Positions 35,921 to 46,267 of a DNA stretch of 64,000 nt are shown one piece after another. Each line of letters opens with the position of its first letter. Within the stretch, counting starts at the first letter, position 1. The notes under the pieces are model-generated. The model searched no databases and was not told the origin of the DNA. It worked only from the letters and a program-made list of their open reading frames with translations. This DNA is from Bacillota bacterium (GTDB lineage Bacteria > Bacillota > Sulfobacillia > Sulfobacillales > JAIMBI01), in the NCBI GenBank assembly GCA_021846505.1, contig JAJZWV010000002.1:46163-110162 (forward strand), given 5' to 3'. A program made the translations under genes and the position numbers.

Positions 35921-35950
35921 AACGTCAAAAACGTCCGAAACGTCAAAGAG
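35921..35950 (+). promoter_or_regulatory. Triple ACGTC direct repeat (PurBox-like) upstream of purEK
   Basis: AACGTCAAAA-ACGTCCGAA-ACGTCAAAGAG forms an AT-rich island about 115 nt upstream of purE. The central ACGTCCGAAAC partly resembles my recollection of the Bacillus PurR PurBox (..CCGAAC..). Confidence 0.3.
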
Positions 35951-36063
35951 GGCCGGACCTCACCCGCCTGCGGGTGTGCTTGGGGGAACCGCCGCCCGCG
36001 TGGCATGATGGCAGAAAGCCCGCAAGAGCGGGTCAGCTTGGTTGGCGGGGGAGAGAACGCATC

Positions 36064-36549
36064 ATGCAGGAGCTCGAGCCGGCCGTCGCCGTCATTATGG
36101 GCAGCCGTTCTGACTTAGATACTATGCGCCACGCCGTGGACATCTTAGAGCGGTTCCAGGTTCCGCACGAGGTGGCCGTGGTGTCCGCCCACCGCACCCC
36201 GGACTTGATGTTTGAGTTTGCCGCCGCCGCGCGCGCGCGGGGGATCCAAGTCATTATCGCGGGCGCGGGGGGCGCCGCCCACTTGCCCGGCATGGTGGCC
36301 GCCAAAACGACGCTGCCGGTGATTGGCGTGCCGGTGCAGAGCCGGGCGCTCAGCGGCTGGGATTCCCTCCTCTCGATTGTGCAGATGCCGCGCGGCGTGC
36401 CGGTGGCCACCGTGGCCATTGGCGAAGCCGGCGCCGCCAACGCCGGCCTGCTGGCGGTGCAAATACTCTCCCTCCACGACGCGCGGCTCACCGAGGCGCT
36501 GGCCGCCTTTCGGGCGGAGCAGGCCGCGGCCGCGCGGGCGGGCCGATGA
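36064..36549 (+). CDS. purE: N5-carboxyaminoimidazole ribonucleotide mutase
   Basis: [17 protein letters not shown] and [13 protein letters not shown] motifs. Start is the ATG at 36064, after GGGGGAG. Confidence 0.95.
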   Translation: MQELEPAVAVIMGSRSDLDTMRHAVDILERFQVPHEVAVVSAHRTPDLMFEFAAAARARGIQVIIAGAGGAAHLPGMVAAKTTLPVIGVPVQSRALSGWDSLLSIVQMPRGVPVATVAIGEAGAANAGLLAVQILSLHDARLTEALAAFRAEQAAAARAGR

Positions 36550-37706
36550 CCGGCGCGCGGCCGCTGCCGCTGGGCAGCGCCATTGGGATTTTGGGGGGCG
36601 GCCAGCTGGGGCAAATGACCGCGGTGGCGGCGCGGCGGCTCGGATACCGCTCCGTGGTGCTGGATCCCGATCCGGCCTCGCCCGCCGCCCAGGTGGCCGA
36701 CCAGCTGATCCAGGGCAGCCTCGAGGACCGCGCCAGCATCGAAGCCATGGCCCAGCATGCGGCGGTGGTCACCTATGAATTTGAGAACGTCTCCGCCGAT
36801 GCGGTGGCGGCGCTCGCCGAGCGCGTGCCGGTGCATCCCTCCAGCGATATCCTGAAAACCTCCCAGCACCGCCTCCGCGAGAAGGCGGCGGTCGTGCGGC
36901 TGGGCGGGCAGGTGCCGCCGTTCGCGGCGGTCGGGTCGCCGGCCGACTTGGAAGCCGCGCTGTCGTCGCTTAGGCTCCCGGTCGTCATTAAGACGGCCAC
37001 CGGCGGCTATGACGGCAAGGGGCAGGCGGTTGCCCGCACGGCCGCGGAAGCCCGCGCGGCCGTGGTCCAGCTGCTGCAGGTGTGTGACACCCTGATTGCC
37101 GAGGAGCAGGTGGACTTGGCGCTGGAGCTGTCGGTCATCTGCGCCCGGGACCAGCAAGGCCGCCTCGCCACGTATCCGGCGGCCGAAAATCGCCATGTGC
37201 ACGGCATCTTGGATGTATCGTCCACGCCCGCCCGCGCCAGCGGCGCCGTCCTCGGCCGCGCCGACGCCGTGGCGCGCCAGGTGGCCACCGGCCTGGGCTT
37301 GGTGGGCGTGATGGCGGTGGAGATGTTTGTCGACCAGCAGGGCCGCGTGCTGGTCAACGAGATTGCGCCGCGCCCGCACAATTCGGGCCACCACACGATC
37401 GAGGCCAGTGCCACCTCGCAGTTCGAGCAGCTGGTGCGCATGGTCGCGGGCCTGCCGCTGGGGGACACCCGGGTGGCGCGGCCCGCGGCCATGGCCAATT
37501 TGCTGGGTGACTGGTGGGGCCCCGACGGCACCCCGCCCGATGTCGCCCGCATGCTGGCGGTGCCCGGGGTATCCCTGCACCTGTACGGCAAGGCCGCCGC
37601 ACGCCCCGGCCGCAAGATGGGCCATTTAACGGCCGTCGGGGACACCGTCGAAGACGCCGTGGCCCGCGTCCTCAAAGCCCGCGGGGACCGGCCACCCACC
37701 GCCTAA
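36546..37706 (+). CDS. purK: N5-carboxyaminoimidazole ribonucleotide synthase
   Basis: ATP-grasp PurK pattern ([36 protein letters not shown]...GRKMGH). It overlaps purE by 4 nt. Confidence 0.95.
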   Translation: MTGARPLPLGSAIGILGGGQLGQMTAVAARRLGYRSVVLDPDPASPAAQVADQLIQGSLEDRASIEAMAQHAAVVTYEFENVSADAVAALAERVPVHPSSDILKTSQHRLREKAAVVRLGGQVPPFAAVGSPADLEAALSSLRLPVVIKTATGGYDGKGQAVARTAAEARAAVVQLLQVCDTLIAEEQVDLALELSVICARDQQGRLATYPAAENRHVHGILDVSSTPARASGAVLGRADAVARQVATGLGLVGVMAVEMFVDQQGRVLVNEIAPRPHNSGHHTIEASATSQFEQLVRMVAGLPLGDTRVARPAAMANLLGDWWGPDGTPPDVARMLAVPGVSLHLYGKAAARPGRKMGHLTAVGDTVEDAVARVLKARGDRPPTA

Positions 37707-38011
37707 CCCTCGCCGTGGGGCGACGGAGCGCGAGTGAAATACAAAAAAGCCGCCATGCCGGCATCGCTGACCGCATCGGTTGGGCCGGCGGGGACGGGTC
37801 CACCCCGCCCCGGGCCGTCAGCGGGAAGGGGCTACGCCGCCGTGGTGCCCGGCCGGGTGAGCCCACACAGCCAAGGGCAGATGGCAGGGCCCGCCTGCCG
37901 GCTCGCCCTGCATTCCCTTGCCAGAAACCCGCCCGGCGGCACCGGCGCCAGCGTTCGACGCGAGGCCGCCGGGATGCGGTTCCCTACAGATGCATGTTGG
38001 GCGCTCGACGC

Positions 38012-38404
38012 TCACTCCGCTGTGGAAGCGAGCACATGCACGTCCGCCAGAGCGGTTTCCGCCGCATTTTCTCCCAGCACCGCTTGGCCATCCGCCGTGA
38101 TGAGCAGTCCCCCGACCGCCACCACCCGGCACCAGTAGGTGGCGTCGATTTGCCGGTGGAGCGTCGCCAGGTAATGCGCGTAGTCCGTGCGGTGCAGCTC
38201 CACCCGCCACTGAGAGTCCGACTTCGTCTCGTGGGCAATCGCCAGCGCCGGCCCGTTCCAGTATGGGCGGCCGGCTGCCGTCACGCTGGCCCAATGCCGG
38301 TCGATAGCGGCGCGGACCTGGTCGGGCAGCGCAGCGGGCAGGTCCACCACCCGAATGCGCCAATCCTGGGGCATCGGCTCCACGGTCGTCGCATGCTTTT
38401 CCAT
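38012..38404 (-). CDS. Hypothetical protein, possibly the N-terminal part of a truncated Nudix-type hydrolase
   Basis: YWNGPALAI ... RTDYAHYLAT ... VVAVGGLLITADGQAVLGE resembles the region preceding a Nudix box, but the ORF stops before any GX5EX7REUXEEXGU motif. Confidence 0.45.
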   Translation of the reverse strand: MEKHATTVEPMPQDWRIRVVDLPAALPDQVRAAIDRHWASVTAAGRPYWNGPALAIAHETKSDSQWRVELHRTDYAHYLATLHRQIDATYWCRVVAVGGLLITADGQAVLGENAAETALADVHVLASTAE

Positions 38405-38568
38405 TGGCCACCCCCCGCCCGCTGCTCCGCGCGACCCTTGCCGTCACGTCGCCCGAGGTGGCACGGGAGCGGGCATTCGTCCGACCCAGCTCCCGGCCAT
38501 CGTACACCATCCGCCGGTTTAAGCCCGCCCGGGCCGCACCTAGCCGGCCAGATCCGGTGGGGCCGCAT

Positions 38569-39900
38569 TCATCGGGCTCCGCCGCCCATCCCCACGATGA
38601 AGGCAGGGGCCCAGCGGCGGCCACCATCTACCAGCTGCAGCAAAGCTCCTGCGCCGGACCGCCTGGTCCCCGCAAGCCAGCCGGCGGCCGCCGTAGGGAA
38701 CACCAGGTAAGAGGTCGCCACCGGGGCCGACGGATTGCTCAAGGCGGCGTACGTCGCCGAATGCCAGCGACCGCCCGCGTAAACCAACCCGACTAGGCGG
38801 CCGGTGTTAAGGTTGTCGCCAACCACCACCAGCCCGGTTGTGCCCACCGGTGCCATGACGCCGACGATCATCATCTGATTGACCGCCTGTGCTACCCCCG
38901 CGGTGACAGCGGGCGCGTCCAAGGGTTGGGTGTAGGCATCGAATGCGATCGCGGTCCAGTGGGCCCCGCCATCTTGCGTCTGCCACAACACGTAGCCACT
39001 GTTGGCCGCGGCCCCTAAACCGGTTAGCAGGAGAAACGCTTCTTGGGGGGAGTTGGCGGCGACCCACCCGATCCACGGTCCGGCCGTGCGATTGACGGGC
39101 GCGGCAAACGCGCGGGCCCAGCGCCGTCCGCCATCGGTGGTCCGGTACACGTCGCGGCCCACCGCGGCATACCCGACGGCCACGCTAGGCCACGCCATGC
39201 TGTTGACAAAACCCCTGGGCGAGCGCGTGACAAGAGAAAGGGCTGGCGCGGACCCGGTCACGATGCGCTTGATGGTACCGCGGTCCAGGACATACCCCGT
39301 TTTGGCGGTCGGAAACACCAAGTCCGTGAGCTCCGTGTGGTTCACGGCGGGCCGCGGCGGCACCGGCAGCGCGGCGGCATGCGCCACCGTCCCGGACCCA
39401 CCGGCCATGGCGGGCTGGTTCGCCGCGCCCGCCCCCGGCAGCACGCTGACGGAGCTTGGCCCGAGCGGTGCCCCGTTATCCAGCCCGTTGAGCGAGGCCA
39501 CCCTCTGGGCCCGCAAGCCGCCGGTAAGTTCTATCACGCGGTGAGGCGTCGCGGCCCACAGCGTGGACGGCCCCGCGGCGACGAGCCCCTGATACTGGGC
39601 GGACGCGCGGTACCAGGGCTCCCATACGTGGCCCCCATCCGTCGTGCGGTAAATATCGTCCGACGTGGCGAGCCACCCGACGTGCGCCGACCACCATGCC
39701 ATCGCAGTGAACGCCGGGAGCGGGGTTCGTTCGGCAGAGGGGCGATGGTGCGGCGGGACACCCGCCGACCCGTGGTGATGCGGGCCCGCCCCGTAAAGTG
39801 AGGGCGGCGCCCCCGAAGGGCCGCACCCCGCCACCACCGCGGCGGCCGCGATTAGTGCGATTAGAACAAGGCCGGGCCGTACCCTGGCCGCGTGCGTCAT
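38569..39900 (-). CDS. BNR/Ycf48-like beta-propeller lipoprotein
   Basis: Lipobox VVAGCG plus repeated TTDGGHVW, TTDGGRRW and TQDGGAHW motifs. It is paralogous to the C-terminal part of 33915..35282. Confidence 0.75.
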   Translation of the reverse strand: MTHAARVRPGLVLIALIAAAAVVAGCGPSGAPPSLYGAGPHHHGSAGVPPHHRPSAERTPLPAFTAMAWWSAHVGWLATSDDIYRTTDGGHVWEPWYRASAQYQGLVAAGPSTLWAATPHRVIELTGGLRAQRVASLNGLDNGAPLGPSSVSVLPGAGAANQPAMAGGSGTVAHAAALPVPPRPAVNHTELTDLVFPTAKTGYVLDRGTIKRIVTGSAPALSLVTRSPRGFVNSMAWPSVAVGYAAVGRDVYRTTDGGRRWARAFAAPVNRTAGPWIGWVAANSPQEAFLLLTGLGAAANSGYVLWQTQDGGAHWTAIAFDAYTQPLDAPAVTAGVAQAVNQMMIVGVMAPVGTTGLVVVGDNLNTGRLVGLVYAGGRWHSATYAALSNPSAPVATSYLVFPTAAAGWLAGTRRSGAGALLQLVDGGRRWAPAFIVGMGGGAR

Positions 39901-39985
39901 CCCTGAATTACCACTCCACTAACGGTTTTGCCGGAGACCATGTCATCGACATCAACTTCGACCGCAGGCGAACCGCCCGCGCACG

Positions 39986-40569
39986 TCATATATATGGGCG
40001 ATGAGGACGTGCTGCACGGGCCCTGGTCGATGGCTTCGCCAATGCCCTTCGGGGCCCGCATCCCGACCAAAATCCGCGGAACAACCCGGTGGCCATCAGA
40101 CCGCCCACATCTCCCGCCGTCAGCGAATTGCCACCGGCACCGAAATAGAGCGCGGCATAATACGGGCTATCTTGTTGCAGGTACGTCGCCCAGCCCTCGC
40201 AAAACCGGATGGGGTCGGAGCCGGATGCGTAGTCTTCGATGTCGAGCCACAGCCAGGCCTCGTTGGGTACACCGACCGCACTCGCGTTGGTCGAAGCTGC
40301 CGTGGCCAGGGGATTCTTCCCAGATCGGCTGTCAGGGCTTGGGACTGTTCGGGATGCTGGACGACCACGACGCCCCATCCACCGGCGCAGCGGTTGCTGA
40401 GCTCGGCACTCGAAAGGTCGCCAGCCGCCTCTTCCCCTTTGCTGAATTAACGAGCGATCCACAAATACGGAGAGTTTTCAAACAGGCACCGTGCTTCCGT
40501 GAGGGACGATATTTTGGTGTCCGTGTCGCATCCTGGCGTGTTCGAATACGACCCGGTCGTCACGCTCAT
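39986..40569 (-). pseudogene. DUF1906-like (glycoside-hydrolase-like) gene with an in-frame TAA and a frameshift
   Basis: Strong RBS GGAGGAGG with the ATG at 40569. After 40 codons (..ARCLFENSPYLWIAR) there is a TAA at 40449-40447. The same frame continues (SKGEEAAGDLSSAELSNRCAGGWGVVVVQ), and then the homology moves to the 39986..40462 frame (EAWLWLDIEDYASGSDPIRFCEGWATYL...AALYFGAGG). Confidence 0.6.
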
Positions 40570-40989
40570 GGCACGCACCTCCTCCGATTCCCTCGACGGT
40601 TCCAACGCCAGTGCCTGCCCTCCGGTTTCAACGGGTGGAGCGGCACGGCCGCGGCCGATTTAGCGGCCCGCTCGACGCGCAGCTGCGAGAGTCCCGCGGG
40701 GCGAGCCACGACGCCCCGGCCGGGGGACATGGGTCAGCGCACGGTCCACCCCCGCTTTGCGAGTCGGCGCCGGCGTGAGGTGCGCGGCCGAGCGCGCCGC
40801 GAGGCTTCGGGCGAGGCGGAAGCGGAGGTGGCGGCCCCACGGCGCCTTGCTCATCACGCCGACACCGCCTGTGCGGCGGCCATGGGCGCGAGCCCACAGG
40901 GCGCTCCATAAGTGCTTCGCGGGCCGGTACCGCAGGCCCAAGCGGGCACGGTGGTGCCGGAAGGCCACGCAGAACGATGGCGCCCGCCC

Positions 40990-41946
40990 TCACCCGAACA
41001 GCCGATGGGCGTTGCGCCAGCCAATGGCTTCTTCGGCGTCGGGGCCCAAGTTCGCCTGGGCGATGTGGCTCCACACGGCCTCGGCGTCGCCCAGATGGGG
41101 ATAGTCCGACGCAAACAGCAGGTGGCCGGCCCCCACCATCTGTGCGGCGGCGGCAATGGCCTGCGGCTGGAACGCCAGCGTATCGTAAAAAAGCTCCGGT
41201 GCGGGATCGGGCGCCACGGCGCTCGCGGGCCACCCGAACCGCACCCGGCCGCCGACCCACAGCGCCGCGCCCCCCATCTGCGGCAGGATGAACCGGATGT
41301 TGCCGTAGCGGCGGAAAAACCCGGTCAGGGTCAGGCGCACCACGGACTCCGTAATGGCGCCGATAAAGCCGACCAGCGACAAAAGGTCATGGTCCCGGAG
41401 GTGTTCCCCGCCGCGGGTGGGCACCATGGGGTGGAGGAGCACCGTGGCCCCGCGATCGTGCAGGCGGCGAAAGATGGGAGCGTAAGCCGGGTCATCCAAG
41501 TCGCGCTGGCCGACGTGGGTGCCTATCACAAAGCCCGAGAGGCCCAGCGCGTCCAGCGCGCGGTCTACCTCCGCGACCGTGCCGCCGCCGTCCATCGGCA
41601 GGCTCGCCAGCCCCCGCACCCTATCCGGATACGCATCCCGCCAGCGGGCCAGCTCGTCGTTCACCAGCCGCGCGGCTTGCTCCTGTATGGCCGGTGGGAA
41701 CGGATATACGTTCGGCACCGTGGTGGAGATGAGGTGCAGGCCCACCCGCGCCTGGCGTGGGTCACGAAAGCGGACCGCAATGTCATAAGTAGCTGGGTGG
41801 AGGGTCACGACCGGGATGCCGCGCCATGTTAGGCGCGGCGGCCCAGCCGGCGCCCGCGCGATCCGGTACTCGCCCCCATGATTCTCGAGCAGGGCCAAGT
41901 ACTGGTGGCTGTAGCAGTGCGTGTGCACGTCGACGAGCACGGTCAT
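40990..41946 (-). CDS. Amidohydrolase-2 family protein (ACMSD-like decarboxylase/hydrolase)
   Basis: VDVHTHCY metal-binding start, LLHP, and the terminal FASDYPH typical of amidohydrolase_2. Start is the ATG at 41946, after AAAGGGGG. Confidence 0.85.
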   Translation of the reverse strand: MTVLVDVHTHCYSHQYLALLENHGGEYRIARAPAGPPRLTWRGIPVVTLHPATYDIAVRFRDPRQARVGLHLISTTVPNVYPFPPAIQEQAARLVNDELARWRDAYPDRVRGLASLPMDGGGTVAEVDRALDALGLSGFVIGTHVGQRDLDDPAYAPIFRRLHDRGATVLLHPMVPTRGGEHLRDHDLLSLVGFIGAITESVVRLTLTGFFRRYGNIRFILPQMGGAALWVGGRVRFGWPASAVAPDPAPELFYDTLAFQPQAIAAAAQMVGAGHLLFASDYPHLGDAEAVWSHIAQANLGPDAEEAIGWRNAHRLFG

Positions 41947-42253
41947 CCCCCTTTTGACTTCGGGCGATCGCGCGGCCACTCCCGCGCGGCAGAATACGAA
42001 TAGCCCTGTGGTGTTGCGGAAGGCCGCGCCTCCACGTGCCGGCGCAGCGTATCTGAGCGAAGGCCGCTTCGGACCTGGCCGCATTCGCGGGCCGCCTGTG
42101 CCACCCAGGGCCACCACCTAAGATGCTATCACCCGAGAGGTTCTTGGGGCCTCGAAGTCACACAGAGGAGATGTCAGTGCCCACTTTTGGCCACCACCCC
42201 GCGCGGCCAGCGAGCCAGGAGATGCTCGCGGCTGGGCAGCGGCACGGCATGCC

Positions 42254-42571
42254 TTAGAGGGGCCGTTGCTGTGGGTGGCGAATTCGTGCGACTTCGATGC
42301 TATCGTCTGGGCCGGGAGCGATGTAGACCGCGAACCGCTTGGAACGGACCGTGACCCCACATCGTTTGATGGGTGTGACCTCGCCCTGCGCGACAATGAT
42401 CGGATAAGGCAATGCCGTGTATCCGAGAAAGCCGGAGAGCTTGCGGACAATCGCGGCACCAATTTCCTCCCGCACCGGGGCCGCTGGCGGATCCAGAGAC
42501 GCCCGCCACCGGTCGTGCGCACGGAGGTCCTCCAGCGCCGTGCCCCGGAAAATGATGGATGGCGCCTTCAC
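42254..42571 (-). CDS. ParE/RelE-family toxin
   Basis: 105 aa. The C-terminal FAVYIAPGPDDSIEVARIRHPQQ is typical of the ParE/RelE tail. It overlaps the upstream small gene by 4 nt. Confidence 0.7.
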   Translation of the reverse strand: MKAPSIIFRGTALEDLRAHDRWRASLDPPAAPVREEIGAAIVRKLSGFLGYTALPYPIIVAQGEVTPIKRCGVTVRSKRFAVYIAPGPDDSIEVARIRHPQQRPL

Positions 42572-42813
42572 CGCTCCCCAGCCACCTCGTGGCGCAAGAG
42601 AGCCATAGCTTCATCCGCTGTGTATCGCAGGCCGCCGGACTCCGCTGCGGCCTCTAACACGAGAGCGATTTCCTCGGGATCGGTCACTTCGATTGTGCGG
42701 GGCAATCGCAGGACCAAGTACTGCTCGCCGCCCGCCTCCACAATCACTTCGCCCCCGCTGGCGGCCGCCCGCAAGCGGGTAGCGAGGTTCCTGTCATAGA
42801 TTCGGTGTACCAA
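42568..42813 (-). CDS. Type II antitoxin (Phd/YefM- or ParD-like)
   Basis: An 81-aa acidic protein lying directly upstream of, and coupled to, the ParE-like gene. Confidence 0.6.
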   Translation of the reverse strand: MVHRIYDRNLATRLRAAASGGEVIVEAGGEQYLVLRLPRTIEVTDPEEIALVLEAAAESGGLRYTADEAMALLRHEVAGER

Positions 42814-43284
42814 GGACGCACCTCCCCTTGGTTCATTATACCTGGGTGCCGCGTAGCCAGGTTCTTCGTTGAGCCCAGCGTTCCAGCGCTCCTCGCGGCT
42901 GGTCGCGTGAGGGATATGGTCATCTTTCGTGGTTCGCGTCCATCCAGGTCAACGTGCATTGCCCAATCTGCAAGATACCGCCGCTGAGCCCGCCCAGGCG
43001 CTGGGCAACCCACGACTGTAGCAGCTAGCCCTATTTGACCGGCAGTAGACGGTGTTCGGTGTCCACGAAGTGCCGAACCCGGCTGTCCGCCGTGGGGGCG
43101 GCGGCCGCCCCTGGTTTGGGCCGTGGCGTGTCGCCTCGGCCAAAGTTAGCGCATATGGGGGCCATCAGCCAGCGGCAGTGAGAGGCGGTCGGACATGCTG
43201 TAGGCCAAACGGGACGCCCCGAGACGGGGCGTCCTCGGCCAGCGGAGCGAAACGCACAGCCCTGGTGGCGCGACGGTGCCCGAG

Positions 43285-44349
43285 TCACTGCGTCGCCGGA
43301 CGACGCGCTCCCCACATCCTTAAGGTCAAGCGCCAAAGGAGCCATGGCAGCGCGGCGGCCACCAGGCCGATGGCCAACAGCGGCCATCCGTGCAAGGTGT
43401 ACCACCAGGAGCGTGCCAGACTCACACCGGCAAACGCCCCAACAACCGCCCACCACACCAACTGAGCCCCCCGAGCAGCTGGCGACGTCACCGCGTCGTC
43501 CAGGTGCTCGACCGGCACCCGCTCCCACTGGTGCAGCCCCAAGCGGACCACAAACAGCGACCACGCGACGAAGATGGCGGCGGTCACGATACCGGCCATG
43601 CCCATGGGAAGCGGGGTGGCAGTGGGCGTGGCCAGACCCAGCCAGTGCTCCAGGTGCAAGATCCCTAAGGACGGCTCGCCAGGCAGCGGGTGCGCAAAGA
43701 ACCTGGGCGGCACCTTCCCCATGGGAAGGCTATAGGAGTAAAACGGCGCGAGGATTTGCCCAAGCATGGGCCCAGCGGCGGCGAACCCGAACGCGCCCAC
43801 GGCGGCCGCCCACAGGCTGGGCACGAGCGCCGACGTCACCAGTGCGGTCATCGCCATCGACTCGGCCAGCGCCGTGGCTACGACCGGGTAAGCCAAGATG
43901 GACCCGAGTTGGGCCCCCCCGAGGGACAGGGAGACGGCGGCGACCGCCAAGGCGGTAATCACGCCGACCAACAGGACCGCCGCGGACAGCAGGCCGGCCT
44001 TGACTCGCAGGACGTCGCGCCGGCGCACCGGCCCTTCCAGCACGTAGTGCAGCCCGCCGCGCGAGCGGTCATGGTAAAACAGCAGCAGCCCCATGATGCC
44101 GGCGAACACCACCGGCCACATGGTGGCGTGCACTTGCCAAGGACCCACGCCGGCCACGTACACTTGCTGCAGGTAGCCGAGGTCCCTCTGCTCGGTAAAC
44201 CACGACAGCACTGCCGGCGCCAACATGGCGCCCGTGCCCGCCAGGTAGATGCCGCCGTTCACCTTGAGCTCACGGTAAACCAGCGGGCTGGCGGTCCAGC
44301 GCCGCCGCCCATGAACCCGAACGGCGCCCGGCGCCGTGGCCTCATGCAT
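43285..44349 (-). CDS. ABC-2-type / YtrC-like membrane permease
   Basis: 354 aa and multi-TM. The ATG at 44349 overlaps the ATPase stop by 8 nt. Confidence 0.7.
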   Translation of the reverse strand: MHEATAPGAVRVHGRRRWTASPLVYRELKVNGGIYLAGTGAMLAPAVLSWFTEQRDLGYLQQVYVAGVGPWQVHATMWPVVFAGIMGLLLFYHDRSRGGLHYVLEGPVRRRDVLRVKAGLLSAAVLLVGVITALAVAAVSLSLGGAQLGSILAYPVVATALAESMAMTALVTSALVPSLWAAAVGAFGFAAAGPMLGQILAPFYSYSLPMGKVPPRFFAHPLPGEPSLGILHLEHWLGLATPTATPLPMGMAGIVTAAIFVAWSLFVVRLGLHQWERVPVEHLDDAVTSPAARGAQLVWWAVVGAFAGVSLARSWWYTLHGWPLLAIGLVAAALPWLLWRLTLRMWGARRPATQ

Positions 44350-45301
44350 TGCCTTCTGCCTCCTCGTACAGCGCGTCCACCCAGCTGACGGCATCGCGTG
44401 CGTAGCCTTCGCGGTGGATGAATTCGCGAAACAGTGACTCCAAGTCGGAAGCGGCCACGTCAATCGCCTGGGCGCCCCGCGCGCGAAGCAGCGCCGCCAC
44501 CGGCTCGATGGGCCCGTCCACGGTGACGCAAACCATCTGCCCGGACTGCTCCACCCGCAGCACATGCGGCGCCGCCGCCAGCTCCTCGACGCTTCCCCGG
44601 GGCCAGTGCGCCTGGATGCGGCGCACCCGCGCCTTGAGATCATCGAGCCGGCCCGCCATGAGCAAGCGGCCCTCGTGCAAAATCGCCAGGTCGTCTGCCA
44701 GCCGCTCCACATCGCTCAGTGTGTGGCTGGCCAGCACCACGGTGGTGCCCTCGCGGGCCGCCACGTCCACCACCAGCTTCAGCATTTGGGCCCGCACCAC
44801 CACATCGAGGCCGTTGGTGGGCTCGTCCAACAGCAGCAGATCGGGCCGGGCGGCGATCGCCAGGGCCATCTTCAGGCTGCTCCGCTCGCCCAGCGACAGC
44901 GTGCCGATGCGGCGCGTCCCCCCGATAGCCATCGCGGCGAGCAGCCGCCGCACCACGCTGTCGTCCCAGCGGCGGTACATTCCGCGCAGGTACCGGGTCC
45001 ACTCGTCCACACGCAGCGCCGGCAGGGGCTGGCCGTCAGCACCTACGTAGCCCACGCGCTGGCGCAGCTCGGCATTCTCCCGCCCCAAGGGCATGCCCAG
45101 CACCCTGATCACCCCCGCGTCGGGCCAGAGAAGTCCCAAGGCCAGGCGCAGCAGGGTGGTTTTCCCCGCTCCGTTGGTGCCCACCAGTCCTGTGATGGTG
45201 GCGGGAGACACCTGCCACCGGATGTCGCGCAGCGCCTGGTGGCCGCCTAAACTTTTAGATACGCCCTGCATGGCCATGGCCGGTTCTGACGCCGCATTCA
45301 C
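44342..45301 (-). CDS. ABC transporter ATP-binding protein
   Basis: Walker A GTNGAGKTT, signature LSLGERS, and Walker B LLLLDEPTNGLD. The GTG at 45301 overlaps the GntR stop (GTGA). Confidence 0.9.
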   Translation of the reverse strand: MNAASEPAMAMQGVSKSLGGHQALRDIRWQVSPATITGLVGTNGAGKTTLLRLALGLLWPDAGVIRVLGMPLGRENAELRQRVGYVGADGQPLPALRVDEWTRYLRGMYRRWDDSVVRRLLAAMAIGGTRRIGTLSLGERSSLKMALAIAARPDLLLLDEPTNGLDVVVRAQMLKLVVDVAAREGTTVVLASHTLSDVERLADDLAILHEGRLLMAGRLDDLKARVRRIQAHWPRGSVEELAAAPHVLRVEQSGQMVCVTVDGPIEPVAALLRARGAQAIDVAASDLESLFREFIHREGYARDAVSWVDALYEEAEGNA

Positions 45302-45699
45302 GCTTCGCACCCTCCCTGCTCTGCCTGCCACTCCTGTGCGGCCACCAAAAACAAGCGCAGGATCTCGTCGCCGGTCAGCGGGATGTAGTGCGCCTCCACC
45401 ATTAGCCGCTTCATGGCTTCTTTCAGCGTTTGGACCCGGGCTTCCCGGTCCACGCGGGGCTCCACGGCGGCCACGAACGTGCCCCGGCCCCGCAGCACTT
45501 CGATGACGTGCGCGCGCTCCAGCTCCTGGTACGCCTTGGCCACCGTATTGTGGTTCAAGGTCATGGAGGTGGCCAACTCGCGGACCGACGGCATCCGGGA
45601 GCCCGGCGGCAGAAGCCCCCGGGCCACCGCGGACTTCACCCCGTCCACCACCTGCTGGTAGATGGGAGTGGACGACCGCGGGTCCACTGTGAGCCACAT
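45298..45699 (-). CDS. GntR-family regulator, YtrA subfamily
   Basis: PIYQQVVDGVKSAVARGLLPPGSRMPSVRELATSMTLNHNTVAKAYQELE with a short C-terminal domain. It is followed by ABC genes, as in ytrA operons. Confidence 0.9.
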   Translation of the reverse strand: MWLTVDPRSSTPIYQQVVDGVKSAVARGLLPPGSRMPSVRELATSMTLNHNTVAKAYQELERAHVIEVLRGRGTFVAAVEPRVDREARVQTLKEAMKRLMVEAHYIPLTGDEILRLFLVAAQEWQAEQGGCEA

Positions 45700-46267
45700 G
45701 CCACTAACCCTCCCATGTGTACCATATCATCCAGTACACATAGCATATATGGTCCGCACCCCCGAGTCAAGCCGCAGCGGCCGGGCAGTCCCGCCCCCTT
45801 CCCGGTGGATAGGGCGTACCCGAAGGCCAGCCCAGAGGGGTGCGCTCATTCCGCACCCACTCCGCGGGCCGTCGGGTTTCTCGCCGCACGATGGGGCGGC
45901 GGAGCTCGTGGCTTGACTTGTCAGCGGCCGTGGCCCGGGAATGCGTGTGCGGCGGCTGGGGGATGCAGGCGCTGGCGATTTTGGACCGCGTGCGCCCGGG
46001 GGTGCTGCGGGTGGTGGTCGTCCTGCGTCCCTCCTCCCCACAGCCGGCCGATGCGCCTTGCCCTCCCCTCTCTACAACGGCTGGGGAAAGCTGAAGGACA
46101 CGTGGCAGGAGAACCACGGGATTCCGGAGAAGTCACGCGATGGGGATGACGTGTTTGCGCGAGTGCCGCTTGAGCACGTGTGCACGCCGCCGGGCGTAGG
46201 GGGGGTACCGGCTGGCGAAAGAACGTCTGAATGCCAACTGCGCTGTAGCGTCAGGGGAGGAGATTGT

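Noticed and set aside
37707-38011. Continuation of the Nudix-like ORF (38012..38404) into a downstream frame containing the Nudix box.
   Set aside because: Translating all minus-strand frames downstream gave only PGGFLARECRASRQAG-like text, without the REUxEE core. The truncation cannot be shown to be a frameshift rather than a genuinely short protein.
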